Positions 35,568 to 49,135 of a DNA stretch of 64,000 nt are shown here, piece by piece. Position 1 is the first letter of the stretch. Each line of letters opens with the position of its first letter. Made by a program: the position numbers and the translations under genes. The DNA is taken from contig NC_045696.1 of the NCBI RefSeq assembly GCF_009834535.1, positions 95,730,001 through 95,794,000 on the forward strand, in the 5' to 3' direction. Source of the DNA: Camelus ferus (taxonomy: Eukaryota). The notes below the pieces were generated by a model. That model saw only the letters and a list, made by a program, of their open reading frames with translations. It did no database searches and was not told the origin of the DNA.

Positions 35568-37750
35568 TTTTTTAAACAGCTTTACTGAGGTATAGTTGAT
35601 ATACCAAAAAAAGCTGCACATATTTATACAATTTGATGAGTTTGGACATATTCATACACCTGTGATACCATCACCACACTCAAGGTGATAAACATAATCA
35701 TTACCACCAAAAGTTTTTTGTGTCCCTTTGTTTTTTGTGTGTTATGTGTGGTAAGAATGCTTAACATGAAATCCACCCTTTTAAACAATTTTTAAGTGCT
35801 TAACAGTATATTTTTAACTATAGGCACTATGTTGTACAACAGATCTCTAGAACTCAATCCATCTTGTATAAATGTGACTTTATCCCCACTGAAAAACACC
35901 TCCCCATTTCCTCTGCCTCCTTCTTCTAGCAACTGTCATTCTATTCTCTGCTTCCGTAAGTTTGACTATGTTATAATTATTCATGTAAGTGGATTCATGC
36001 AATATTTGTCCTACTGTCACTGATTTATTTCACTTAGCATAATGTCTCTCAGGTCCACTCATATTGTTGCAAACAGTAAGATTTTGAAGGCTGAGTAACA
36101 TCCTATTTTATGTATATATCACGTTTTCTTTATCCATTCATCCATAGATGGACATCTGGGTTGTTTCATATCATAACTATTGTGAATAATGCTGAAATGA
36201 ACATGGGAATGTAGATATCTCTCCAAGATCCTGGTTTCAAGCATCTTAATATATACGCAGGAGTAGTATGCTGGATCATATGCTAGTTCTATTTTTAACT
36301 TTTTTTGAGAAACTTCTATACTGTTTTCAACAGCAGCTACACCATTTTGGATTCTAACAGTGTATGTGGGTTCCAGTTTTTCCACATCCTTGCCAACACT
36401 TGTATTTTTTTTTTCTGATAACAGCTATCCTACTAGGTGTGAGGTGATATTTCATTGTGGTTTTGATTTGTATTTCTTTGATGATTAGCCAATGTTGAAC
36501 ATCTTTTGATATATCTGTTGGCCATATGATTATCTTCTTAGCAAACCCTGAAGACTCTACCAAAAAAAACTCTTGGAATAAACAAATTCAATAATGTTGT
36601 AGGATACAAAATCACCATACAAAGATCAGTTATGTTTCTATATAGTAACAATGAACTGCAAAGAAAAAGAAGAAAACAATCCCATTTACAATAGCATCAA
36701 AAAGGATAAAATATTTACATAAAAACTTAAGACGATAAAAGACTTGTACACTGAAACTGCGATACCTTCATGAAAGAAATTAAAAAAGATCCAAATAAAT
36801 GGGAAGATATCCTTATGTCCATGGATTGGAAGACTTAATATTGGTTTTTTAAAAAAATTTTTTATTATTGAATTATAGTCATTTTACAATGTTGTGTCAA
36901 ATTCTAGTGTAGAGCACAATTTTTCAGTTCTACATGAATATATTGAAGACTTAATATTGTTAAAATGTCCACACTACCCAAAATGATCTATATATTCAAT
37001 GCTATTCCCATCAAAATCCCAATGGCATTTCTAACAGAAATAGAAAAACAATATTAAAATTCACATGGAACAATAAAAGACCCAGAATAGCCAAAGCAAT
37101 CTTGAGAAAAAAGAAAAAAGGTGAAAGCATCATATGTCTTGATTTCAAAATATATTACAAAACTATAATAATTAAAACAATTATGGTACTTGCATAAAGA
37201 CAAACACATAAACCAGTGAAACAGAAGAGAGAGTGCAGAAATAAACCCATGCATGTAGAGTCAACTAATCTTTAACAAGGGTGTTATGACTACACAGTGG
37301 GAAAAGGATAGTCTCTTCAACAAATGGTGCTGCTAAAAATTAGATTTCCACATGCAAAAGGATGAACCTGGACTCCTATCTTACAACATATACAAAAAAT
37401 CAACTCAAAATGGACTAAAAACTTAAACATAAGACCTGAAACTGTAAAACACCTAGAAGAAAATACAAGAGAAAAACTCCATGACATTGATCTTTACAAT
37501 GAATTTTTTTTTCTTTGATTTGAAACCAAGAGCACAGGCAGCAAAAGCAAAAATAGACAGGAAGGACTACATCAAACTAAATACCTTCTCCACAGCAAAG
37601 GGAACAATCAACAGTGTAAAAAGGCAACTTACAGAATGAAAGAAAGTATTTGTAAACCATGTATCTGATAAGAGAGTAGCTAGTATCCAAAATATATAAG
37701 GAACTCAATAATAACAGCAACAACAAAATAAAGAATCCAGTTTAAAAAGC
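35568..37750. mobile_element. 5'-inverted (twin-primed) L1
   Basis: Antisense 3' part 35570-36535 and sense ORF2 part 36535-37750; degenerate TSD AAAG(T/C)AGCACAC..TTTT. Confidence 0.8.
36844..36944 (-). mobile_element. Young camelid-type L1 3' tail nested in L1
   Basis: TSD GAAGACTTAATATTG at 36829-36843 and 36945-36959. Confidence 0.85.
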
Positions 37751-39384
37751 AGCACACACTTTTGACTGAATCTCTTAAACAGAAGGCCAATAATGAAATT
37801 TGTTATGTCACAATACCACATGTGACAACCCTAGGAAAATACCAAACAAACCCATTTGTGAACCTGAACATTTTTACAATATTTTATCTCTCAGTCAGAG
37901 TGATATCTACATCTGCCACTCTTGTAACTGTTCATAAAGTTCCAAAACTTTCTTGAAAATGCTTTTGAAATGTAAATACTGGCTAAAATATGGAAGTTTA
38001 TTTTCTTTGACTCCACTAGTTGCTAATATTTAATTGCTAACTTGTGTTTTGATCCTCAACAGTCTAATTTTCAACCAGCTCTTATTAGATATTGGGGATA
38101 AAAGAGGCTACCAATAAAATTAATCACTGTTGTTGCAGAAAGACCAAGGACTAAGTCTGATGTAAAACATGTAGTTCATCACTACAGACATTCAAGAGTA
38201 AGACAATTAACATTTATCCCTGCACTCCTCACTGCAGAACCACAAATTGTGCAAAAGAAAGCAGAGGAGCACTGCAGACTAGAAAGGAGGCATTTTGGCT
38301 GCTCATTTGACCATCCCCTAGATAACAGCATTAAATAAGCTAGACCCTGTTCCACGCACCCAACACCCACAGATTTATTCCTATTAAAGCTCTAAGCACG
38401 TGTATCATGTTTCATTGTAATTATTTCTCTGTCTTTTTCTGTCTAAACTATCTCAGATTTAGCACCCGAGGAACCTCTTAGCCTTGAGAAAACCAGGGCT
38501 GTCAGTCATCCTAATAATGACTCTTAAGCTCTCATCTTAAAGTCTTACCTTAAGAGCTTCTTTCATTGCTATTTGCCTAACCCTTGACCCAGGCATTCAG
38601 TACTCATTGTTTGAATAAATGATTTTTTCTTTAAAGGTGACAGCATTCATTCATTTCTCACTGAAAAAGATTTTAATTCTCTTTGTTTTTTAATGCCTAG
38701 TTACTTTTTCAGCACCTCTTCCAAAAAGTTTTAACTGCATATAAGAGGTTTCTAAACATGTAAGGTTATATTTTACACATTCACCAAAGGTCTCTCCCTT
38801 TCTAAAGGTAAATAATTCGCTAAAAATCCCCCACATACCTGCCAACAAAAGATATAGTACTCATTATTTATAACTAATGAAATAATAAAAATTTAAAATG
38901 CTTAAAGAAACTTCCTAATGAATTACAATAAATAAAAGTTAAGAAAAATCTAGTTCACTTGTAAGGTTTTCTTCCCCATTTGTCAAAAATTTTAATTAAA
39001 AAAATTTAATCTAAACTCTGCCAAAATGTTTGATAAAATGCTATGTTAAAAGGAAGTATTCTGCCAAAACAGAATCTGAAAGATATCAATTATAAAACTG
39101 AAATTTAATGGTCCAGTGACTTTATATTCATATGATTAGTTATTATCATTAATAATATTATTCTAATTAAGAATAAATGCTTTGGCTCTTCAGTTAGATA
39201 AAGTCTAATAATGATTAAATAGTCTATCATTTTGACTGTGTTGGAACTGTGAGCCTAAAGCTTTAAATAAGTTTGGCACTTAGAATTTTGCAGTAGTCTA
39301 ATACTTTGCTTCCCTTTCCTTCACATCTCCTCAAATGTGTTAACATCATATTTTCGTTTTTTCTTCTCAATTCTCTCTCTCTTT

Positions 39385-41360
39385 TAAAATCAGTTTAATT
39401 GAGGTGTATTTTATATACAATAAAATTCACAAATTTTAAGTGAACAGTTAAATAAGTTTGGACAAACATATATGGTCCTGTTACCAACACCACAGTTAAT
39501 AATCTCCTCTCTCCTCTAGCTGTTGGTAACCAGTGAATTGCTGTTACTACAGTTTTGCTTTTCAAGAATTTTACGTAACTGAAAACATGCAAGTGGAATG
39601 TACTCTTTTGTGTCTGGCTTTCACTAAGCAAAAGGCAACTGAGATTCATCCATGATGTTGCATGTATCAGGTTTTTTTCTATTGTTGAATATTGTTCTGT
39701 TACATGAACAGATACAATTCACTTATCCACTCATGATAATGGACATATGCTTTTTTCTCCAGTTGTTAAATAATTTTTCCTGTACTTTCTGGCCATTCAA
39801 ATATTTTCTTTAGTGAAAGATGTCTTCAAATATTTTCCTTATTATCTTACCAGACTATTTGTCTTCATTGAGTTGAAGAGTTTTTATATAGACTGAATAC
39901 TGTTCTTTTTCAGGTATGTGTTTATCTAATATTTTACCTTTGTGGCTTGGCTCTTTTTAACACTGGTTCTTGAGGATAAAAATTTTAATGAAGTTTAATT
40001 TGTTTTCTTCATTTAGTTCATGCTTTTTGTGTCTCAAGACATTTTTCCTGTTGTATGGCCACAAAGATTTTCTCTTATTTTCTTTTGGAAGTTTTATAGT
40101 TTAAGCTCTTAAATTGAGGTCAATGATTCATTTCAACTTTATTTTTATATATATTGTGTGAATAGTTTTGAAACTCTAAAAAACATGTAGTCATCCAAGA
40201 GTTCTAACATCATTTGTAAAAAGACTATTCTTTGCCCACTGATTTATCCTGGCAATGTTGCCAAAATTAAATTGAACTTATATTTACAGCATCTATATCT
40301 GGATTCTCTTTTTAGTTCTATCGATCTACATGTATGCTCTTATGCCAATGCTACATTTTATTAATGGAGCAGAAAATGTTGCAGAAAATGTTGAATAAGG
40401 TAATGTTAATTCTTTAATTTACTTTAATTAAAAACTTCATGCTACTCTCTATTCTTTTAAACTCTGTATCAGTTTTAGAATCCGCTTGTTGATTTCTTAA
40501 GGGGGAAAAAAAAAGCCTGCTAGAGTTTTGATTAAGATTGCATTGAATCTAGAATTTACTTAGAAACATATCAAGTCTTCTGATTGAGCGTATCAGATCA
40601 TTTAGATCTTTAATTTCTCTGAGAAATGTTTTCAAGTTTTCAGCATATAATTCATGTACACATTTTGTTAAATTTATCCCTGAGTTGTTTACATGTTTTA
40701 ATTAGATTTCTTCCTAGTATATAAAAAACAATTGATATTTGCATATAGTTCTGGTATTCTCAAATCTCATTCATTAGTATTACTGGCCTTGAAATTTTTT
40801 AAAATAAATTACCATGTTCCATTTTAAAAAGACAGTTTCACCTTTTCCTTTCAGTTTGTAATGCTTTTTACATTTCTCTTATCTTCTTGCATTAACTATT
40901 TCTCAATATAATGTTGAATGGAAGAGATGATGGCAGACAGCTTTATTGTTTTCTGTCTTAGGGGAAAATATCCAATCTTTCACCATTACATATAATGTTG
41001 GCTCAAAGTTCTCCATAGATAACCTTTATAAAATCAAAGAAAGTCTGAGAACTTTTTATTATGAATTTATTTTAAAGTCAGTCCGTTTTTTCCCTGAATT
41101 CAAGGAGATGATGCATAGCTTTCTACTTTAGTCTATTAGAATGATGAATATATTTTATCAAATTTTGAATGTTAAATCTTGTATTCCTGAAATAAACACC
41201 ACTTGATCAAGATGTATTACTGGTTTTATATACTGATTTAACTAGTTAAAATTTTGTTATGTATTTTTATGTCTATATTCATAAAAAATATTAATCTGTA
41301 ATTTTCTTCCTTCTGTTTTTTTTTACTTGGTTATATGGGCATTATAAAATGAGTTATGAA
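39385..41360 (-). mobile_element. Ancient L1 (3' end and ORF2)
   Basis: TTTAATTGAGGTGTATTTTATATACAATAAAATTCAC...GAGATTCATCCATGATGTTGCATG and antisense ORF2 text. Confidence 0.7.
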
Positions 41361-42862
41361 GATATGGGTGATAGAGTTATTTTACAACTGGACTGGGATA
41401 GTTCTGTTTGCCTCAAAGGATTTTGGAAAGTCTGGTGCTGACTCTTGGCCAAGATATGAGGACTATCTAAAGAACCATTAATTTATGATGTGCTAACAGT
41501 TTAGAGTCTGAAATTGTTCTGGCAAAACTGGTACTTTGTCCTGTAACCTCTGGTTGCTTTGGTTCCATCACAGCCTCTCAAAGCAGGAAAAGCACTAGCA
41601 TCTTCCTGGGTTTCTCCGGTTTCCCTTCCTTCACCAAAGCTCTTTCAAGGGGGTAAGCTGGGAAAAGTACAGGGCTAATTTTTTTTTTTTTTTTTAGTGC
41701 CTCTCAGGGATCACTGTCCTTCATTTTCTGACTTCCAGTTTCTTAGAAATTGTTGTTTCATATAATCGGTCAAGTTTTTTTTTTTTTTTTTTTTTAATTT
41801 CAGGCACTTGTGTAAATCCAGTCTCTCTTACTTCCATCTAAATAATTTATGAAACATTCTATAGCCAAGAATATTGCCTATATTGGCAAATTATGTAATA
41901 CAGCTGAAAGGTATGTGTATTCTGGTGGTGTCAGCTGGGGTCTTCTCAAAATGGAGATTAGGGCAAAGTGGTTGATATTGTTCTTCAAGTCTTCTGTATT
42001 ATTACTTATGTTTTTGTTTAATTATTCAATCAATTATAGAAAAGAGTGTTGAAATTTCCTACTGTAATTTTTTAATTGAGATATAATTGACATATAACAT
42101 TTTAGTTTCAAGTAAACAAAATAATGATTTGATATTTGTATATTTTGCTAAGTGGTCACCAAAATAAGTCTAGTTAATATCTGTCCCTGTACATGGTGTA
42201 ATACGAAATCCTTTATTTCTAAAAGTTCAGAGTAATTGCCTGTGCTTTTATGGTTCTGTGTACTTTACAAAATTATTTCATATCCAACACCTTATTTAAC
42301 ACATTTGCTGTTTAGTTAATCCTGTGATATAGGCATTATAATGTCCATTTTACCTGGTGAGGAAACAGCTGCATGTACAAACTCACACAATCAGTAAATG
42401 GCAAAACCAATATAGAATAAGTCTTTAAAAAAACCCTTGAACTTGAAAGTTACAATGTATCACATCTAAAGAATACTTTCATTAAATTAGTGGGAGCAGA
42501 AACCAGAGCATTCAGAAGTGAATAGAACATTAACAGCTACCATTTGTTGGTTAATTTTCCTGGTACTGGGTGAAGTCTGTTTATATGCAATATCTAGTTC
42601 ACTTGAAAAGATGACAAAAAGACAGCGTAATTTAAGCAAATTTGCTATAAACAGATTAACTTTGAACTAATAAAGGAAAATCCTCTCCAAAATTTCATTG
42701 GTCTCATTTTTTAGATTCCACATGTAAGTGATATCATATGGTATTTTTCCTTCTCTTTCTGGCTTACTTCACTTCACTTAGTATGATAATCTCCAGGGCC
42801 ATTCATGTTGCTGCGAATGGCATTATTTTATTCTTTTTTTATAGCCAAGTAGTATTCCATTG

Positions 42863-42865
<3 letters not shown>

Positions 42866-42901
<36 letters not shown>

Positions 42902-42903
42902 CA
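42866..42903. repeat. (CA)n microsatellite
   Basis: Direct reading. Confidence 0.95.
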
Positions 42904-43066
42904 TCATTATCCAGTCAATCTGTCAGTGGACATTTAGGTTGCTTCCATGCCTTGACTATTGTTGCTATGAACATTGGGGTGCATGTATCTTTTTGAATTA
43001 TAGTTTTATCTGGTATATGCCCAGGAGTTGGGTTGCTGGGTCATATGGTAAGTCTATTTTTAGTTT

Positions 43067-43093
43067 CAGTATATGTGCTGCCAAAGCAAGCAT
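43067..43093 (-). pseudogene. RNU6: 3'-truncated (tailless) U6 snRNA retropseudogene, U6 nt 1-27
   Basis: Minus strand ATGCTTGCTTTGGCAGCACATATACTG versus U6 GTGCTCGCTTCGGCAGCACATATACTA; flanked by a 15-bp TSD GTCTATTTTTAGTTT (43052-43066, 43094-43108) inside an L1. Confidence 0.88.
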
Positions 43094-46000
43094 GTCTATT
43101 TTTAGTTTTTTAATGAATCTCCATACTATTTTCCACAATGGCTGCACCAAAATACATTCCCACAGTGTAGAAGGGTTCTCTTTTCTCTTTACTCTCTTCA
43201 GCATTTATCATTTGTGGACTTTTTAATAATGGCCATTCTGACTGGTGTGAGGTGATACTTCATTGTCCTGTTGATTTGCATTTCTCTAATAGTTAGCGAT
43301 ATTGAGCACTTTTTCATGTGCCTATTGGCCACATGTATGTCTTCACTGGAGAAATATTTGTTTAGGTCTTCTGCCCTTTTTTGATTTTTTTTTTTGTTGT
43401 TATTGATTTGTATGAGCTGTCAGTATATTCTGGAAATTAAGCCCTTGTCAGTCACATCATTTGCAAATATTTTCTCCCATCCCATAGGCTTTCTTTTCAT
43501 TTTGCTTATGGTTTCCTTTGCTGTGCAAAAGCTTATAAGTTTAATTAGGTCCCATTTGTTTATTTTTGCTCTTATTTCTATCACCAGGGTAGACTGCTCT
43601 AGGAGAACATTGCTAAGATTTATGTCAGAGAACGTTTTGCCTATGTTTTCTTCTAGGATATTTATAGTGTCTTGTTTTATGTTTAAGTCTTTAAGCCATT
43701 TTGAGTTCAATTTTGTGTATGATGTCAGGGAGTGTTCTAACTTCAGCGATTTATGATTTACATGTGGCTGCTCAACTTTCCCAACACCACTTGCTGAAGA
43801 GGCTGTCTTTTCTCCACTGTATATTCTTCCCTCCTTTGTCGAAGATTAATTGACCATAGGTCTGTGAGTTTATTTCTAGGCTCTCTATTCTGATCCATTG
43901 AGCTGTATGTCTTTTTCTGTGCCAATACCACACTGTTTTGATTCCTATAGCTCTGTAATATTGTCTGAAGTCTGGAATGGTTACTCCTTCAGCTTCATTA
44001 TGTCAAGATAAGTTCCCTCTATACCCATTTTGGTGAGAGTTTTTATCATAAATGGATGCTGAATTTTATCAAATGCTTTTTCTTTTGAGATGATCATGTG
44101 ATTTTTTTTCCTTTCTTTTGTTGATGTAGTGTACATATTGATTTGTGTGTTTGACCATCCCTGTGTCCAGGATGAACCCAACTTGACCTTAGTTTATTAT
44201 CTTTTTTATGTGTTGTTGGATTTGGTTTGCTGATATTTTGTTGAGAATTTTTGCATCTACGTTCATCAAAGACATTGGCCTGTAATTTTCTTTTTTGGTA
44301 GTGTCTTTGTCTGGTTTTGGTACTGGGATAACGGTGGCTTCCTAGAATGAGTTTGGGAGTATTCCCTCCTCTTCAATCTTTTGGAAGAGTTTGAGAAGAA
44401 CTGGTATAAGTTCCTCTTTGTATGTTTTGTAGAATTCTCCAGTGAAGCCATCCAGTCTTGGATTTTTGTTTGCAGGAAGCTTTTTGTTTGTTTGTTTTGC
44501 TTTTTAATTACTGATTCTACTTCACTTCTAGTGATTACTCTGTTCAAATTATCTATTTCTTCTTGATTCCATTTTGGTACACTATATGTTTCTAGAAACT
44601 TGTCCGTTTCTTCTAGATTGTCCAATTTGTTGCCATTTATAGTGGATATTTCTTGAGCCCTGGTAAAAAGAAATCTTTTTGGGTTAGCAGAGTTAATGGG
44701 TAGTGGACATTCTCAAGGCTGGACAGGATGAGTAGTTAAAACTGTCTCTATGGCTGCAGCATCAGCAAGCTGATCTCCTTTGGCTTCCATAGTGTCAGAT
44801 TTGGTGTTTTAATAACTGCTAACTGTTTTGGCAGTTGTATAACAATAATTCTACAACCTGTTTTCCTTTTTTTTTAATAGGTTGTCCTGAAGAGGGTAAA
44901 AATCTTACTGCTTCTATAGCATTCCAAAGTTGTCTGCCACTCCAAAAGCATAGTGACTTTCAGTATAAATATTTGCTATCTGTATTTAGCTAGTTGACAA
45001 ACTCAGGTTAAGCTACTTAATTTGGCTTGTGTTGATTTTGTTTCTGGTAAATAAAAGCTTTAAGTTATGTTCACTGTGGACATTACTGCACATCCAGCTA
45101 GGTAATGTCCTTGCTCAGCCCTTAAGTAGGACCTACCTGTAAATTAAATTAGATCAGCCCTATCAATAGGAGCTTCTTGTATTGACTGTTTTCTTTCTGT
45201 GGCACTGGGAGCAAAGTTGCAAGGTTAAGGTTATTACACCTAACCAAGGTAGTAATAGAAGCAACAATACTTCTTAACAAGTTATCTGGCTTACAGAACA
45301 GTGCCGAGTGTACTGAGAGTTTAGAAGAAACTCAATGAGTGTGAGACATCAGTAGTTAAAGGAGATCCTACTGCTGGTTCTTCAGTAGCCTTAAATATTA
45401 GGGGCTGTTGCTGAAATAACCCTCACACAAGGTGGAAGTCCTTTTGCTACCAGGTCTAATTTCATTTTGGAACATAAAAGCAAGTCATCTCCAAGCATTT
45501 TTATAAAAGCACCAGAATAAGACAGTAACTCTATAAATGACAAAAGACTTAAAAAGCATGGTTAAAGACATGACTACATTGTAATTGTCTTGGAAGTCTA
45601 GCTATTTCTGTAACATACAACATTTTAAGATAATGATGAATTATGAATGACAACATAAGACATTTCTAATTTTAGGAACTTCATATAATTTCTAGAATAT
45701 TCATATTAATAATATTTACCATACAATATAACTTAAGGAGGTTTATTATTACTCATTTAACAATGTTTCCCATATAATTTAACAGACCAAATAAGCCTAA
45801 TTAGTTTATTATCTCTCCTTGAGATGGTCAGGGGCCCCGTGAAGCATCCCCAATTTAGCTAGAGGTCAAAGAACTTCACTTAGAATTTACTCTCCATGCC
45901 ACCGGGCATGGTGGCTCCCAGCCATGGCTGTGGCAAACCCCTGGGACCAGGCGTCCATGCCTAATGCTGCCAGGCTACTGCTGGGCCATTTCGTGGTTTC

Positions 46001-46973
46001 AGGGGTGATCACTCAGGAGATGTTTAACATATCTAAGAAATTAGCTTCCCGTTTTGTAAACTTCTCCAGACCACAGCAGATCACAGATATCCAAGCTGAA
46101 ATCTACCAGAAAAACTCTGAACTCCTTAGACTAGAAAAAGATACAGCAGATATTGTCCATCCTCCTTTTTGGCTCAAAAGTGTCATACTCTGCAAAGCAT
46201 GAATAATCATTCAGAAGCAGTGCCCAAAGAGAAGCGGTCCCTCAGGCAAAGACTATTGAAACCCGTGTGCCAAGAAAACTTGCCTATTGAAGTTATTTAT
46301 CACAGATACATGGTATATTTGTTGGAGTTGGCATGTTCACTGAGAGATTAGAAAATCATCTTGAAACAATTAGAAATATCCTTCATTTAGATGCAAAATG
46401 AAGAAAATGAGCGTGGCTTTAGCAAAGATGGTTATTTTGGTGACTGAGACAGAAGAACTGGCAGAGAATATACTCAACTGGTGAGAACAACAGAAGGAGG
46501 TCTCCTCTAATATCCCCAAAATATTAGCTGAAGAAAATTTTCTTCATAATTATGATGTTATAGTACCTCCTTTACTTTTTACTTCTAAAGTTAGTGTCCA
46601 AACTGTTAATGCCAAGTGATTATCAACTGTATATATTTTTAAATTATATGTAGGCTTGTGAAGTTCATTTTTAGTCAGTTGTAACCTGGGTGTTTATAGA
46701 CTTTGCTGCTAGCAATACTGAAAGAGCCTTCTTTATATTGAAATACTAAGATTCCAAGTTCATTAGGACCAAACTGGATTTTCCTTTGTTTTTCATATAT
46801 TTTCATTCCATTTTTCAGTAAAATTCAAATACAGCTGTGACAATTTATTAATGAGCACATTAACCACCTTAGGCAGCAGACTTTATGTCATTTTTAAGAA
46901 ATGTTTATTTCTGAATTAGAAGAGTCTTGAATCTGAAAGTAATGTTGATTATTTCTGTGGGATTGTCACTAAG

Positions 46974-47518
46974 TATGCAGAAAAAGTGTAACATAGCAGA
47001 CCTGGCTGCTATCCTTTGAAAAGCCGGCTTGGCCGGCATCTAGGAAGTTAGATTTTAAGAGGGCTCCCTCCACTCTCACTGATAAGAGTTGCTTGCTGTG
47101 ACTAAGGTGGTTGTACAGTGTGGTTTGTGCTGAACATCTGCTTTTTTCCTGGGAATCCAGAAGTTTGGTACATGTTAGGTAGAAGGTACCTATGTGACTA
47201 GCCTGCAGTAATAAACCTGATACTGCAACTTTAATGAGCTTTTGTGGTAGACATTTCATACATGTCATAACTCAGCTGCTGGGGAAATTAAGCACATCCT
47301 ATGGGATTCCACTAGCAGAGGATTCTAGAAGCTTGTACCTGGTTTCCCCCAGACTTTGCCCTTATACACCTCTTTTCCCTTTGCTCTTTTGCTTTGTATG
47401 CTTTTGCTGTAATAAATCATAACTATGAATACAATGATATACTGAGTCCTCTGAATCCTCCAAGTATGTCATCAAACCTGGGGTTGGGGGAGAGGGGAGT
47501 CTTGGGGACCCTGACACA
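46974..47518 (+). mobile_element. Solo LTR (MER21-like) in HAUS2 pseudogene 3'UTR
   Basis: GCAGAAAAAGTGTAACATAGCAG...AATAAATCATA...GGGGACCCTGACACA. Confidence 0.75.
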
Positions 47519-47845
47519 CTAAAGCATTTCCTGAGCATGTTCACTGGCAGCTTTAGGAGCAGGCAAAGAAGAAAAGCAGAACAACAACAAAAAAGGCACA
47601 TGATGGTAAAACTTTTAGAGGTATTACCTTATAAAGCGCTCTGATATTTTACCTACCTGAGGTTGTCGTGCGTATAAAAGGGAGTAGAATACTAATACTT
47701 AATCTCAGGTTATGTTCTTTTGTATCAGTAGTACGACGATGCTTGGCTTCTTTTCAGTCTTGAGGTTCTCTTTTGCTTTAAAATGTATGCTTCAGTATTT
47801 TTATACCATTGCATTTTCTGTATCACCTGGGTTCCCCTCATCTTG

Positions 47846-49135
47846 TGTTACCCAAAAGGTAAAGATCTCAGTTCTTGTCATACCTGAAAGATAAGTTTAC
47901 AGTAGGAAGACAGTGTGTTGTGTAGCAAAAGATTTTAAAAGATTTATTTAAAAAAGGAAAAGTACATGCAGCAACACAGATGGGTCTGGAGATTGTCATT
48001 CTAAGTGAAGAAAGCCAGAAAGAGAAAGAAAAATACCATATGATATCATTTATATGTGGAATCTAAAAAAAATAAAAGAAGTAGAAGAAGACAAATGAGC
48101 TTATTTACAAAACAGAAACAGACTCACAGACAATAAACAAATTTATGGTTGAGGGGGAAGGGACAAGTTGGGAGTTCAAGATTTGCAGATACTAACTAAT
48201 ATACATAACATAAACAAGTTTAAACTGTATACCACAGGGAGCTATATTCAGTATCTTGTAGTACCTTACAGTGAAAAAGAATATGAAAATAAATATATGT
48301 ATGTTTATGTATGACTGAAGCATTATGCTATACACCAGAAATCGAAAGAAAAAGAAAAAAGAAAAAAACCCCAATAGTTCCTTGATAAAAGAGTCCTAGC
48401 TCCTCAAGGAATATACATAACAGTCTGATACAGATCTTTGAGATCTGCAGGAACCAAGGCACGCACCCAGGTGGGGGATGAACTGATGCTGACCTTCTAT
48501 GACCCTCGTGACTTCAATCAACTAAAGCTTGGACTCTGTCAACCTTTGCCCCAGTTCTATGCTGAATTCTCCTCTGCTCAAGTCCCTTCATGAATATGCA
48601 TGTACCCTTTGCTTAAAACTTCCCCAGCTTTGCTGTTGTGGAGACACTGCTTTGGAAAAAGTTCCTGGTGTTCTCCTTACTTGCTGCAAGTAATAATAAC
48701 TCTTTCCTCTTCCTTTAAAAATAAAAAAGTACAGCTCCAAGAACAAGAGGCAAGCTGACCCAAGGAAGGAAAAGCGGAGGTTCTTGTCTCCCCTTTTTCT
48801 TATATTCTCACTTAGAGGTGGTCTCTTGATTAACAGCTCTTGCCTCTGGAATACTTAGTCATGTCTGGCCCCTTTGCACATGACCTTACTCATGATGTAT
48901 ACAGAAAAAGCCATGGGGGAGGGGAGCCTGAACCACAATGTTAATTATAATACAATGAACATTGGGTCATGTCCAGTTAAGTCCTTTCTGCTACTGCGCA
49001 ATCGTGGCTGTCAGTTTCTTGCTGTCACTCACTCAGAAGAAGTCAAGTCTCTTTATGCATAACATCATCTTCCAGACTATCTTCCCTTTCCTCCACCTAT
49101 CTGCCTGGTGCCCCCACATAGCTAACTACCTAACA
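47846..49135 (-). mobile_element. Solo LTR containing an L1/LTR chimeric insert
   Basis: TGTTACC...CTAACA with TSD CTTG (47842-47845, 49136-49139). Confidence 0.8.
47967..48724 (+). mobile_element. L1 3' end + transduced LTR fragment
   Basis: L1 3'UTR to an A-rich tail at ~48370, then LTR text ending in AATAATAA...A-rich; single TSD AAAAGTACA (47958-47966, 48725-48733). Confidence 0.7.

Larger units (their letters stand above)
42705..44636 (-). mobile_element. L1 ORF2/3' fragment
   Basis: ORF track: NSKWLKDLNIK...KINKWDLIKL; KAFDKIQHPFMIKTL; MDNLEETDKFLETY. Confidence 0.9.

Noticed and set aside
45924..46351. HAUS2 ORFs as a functional retrogene
   Set aside because: Frameshift near 46165, further frameshifts and in-frame stops downstream; it is a pseudogene.
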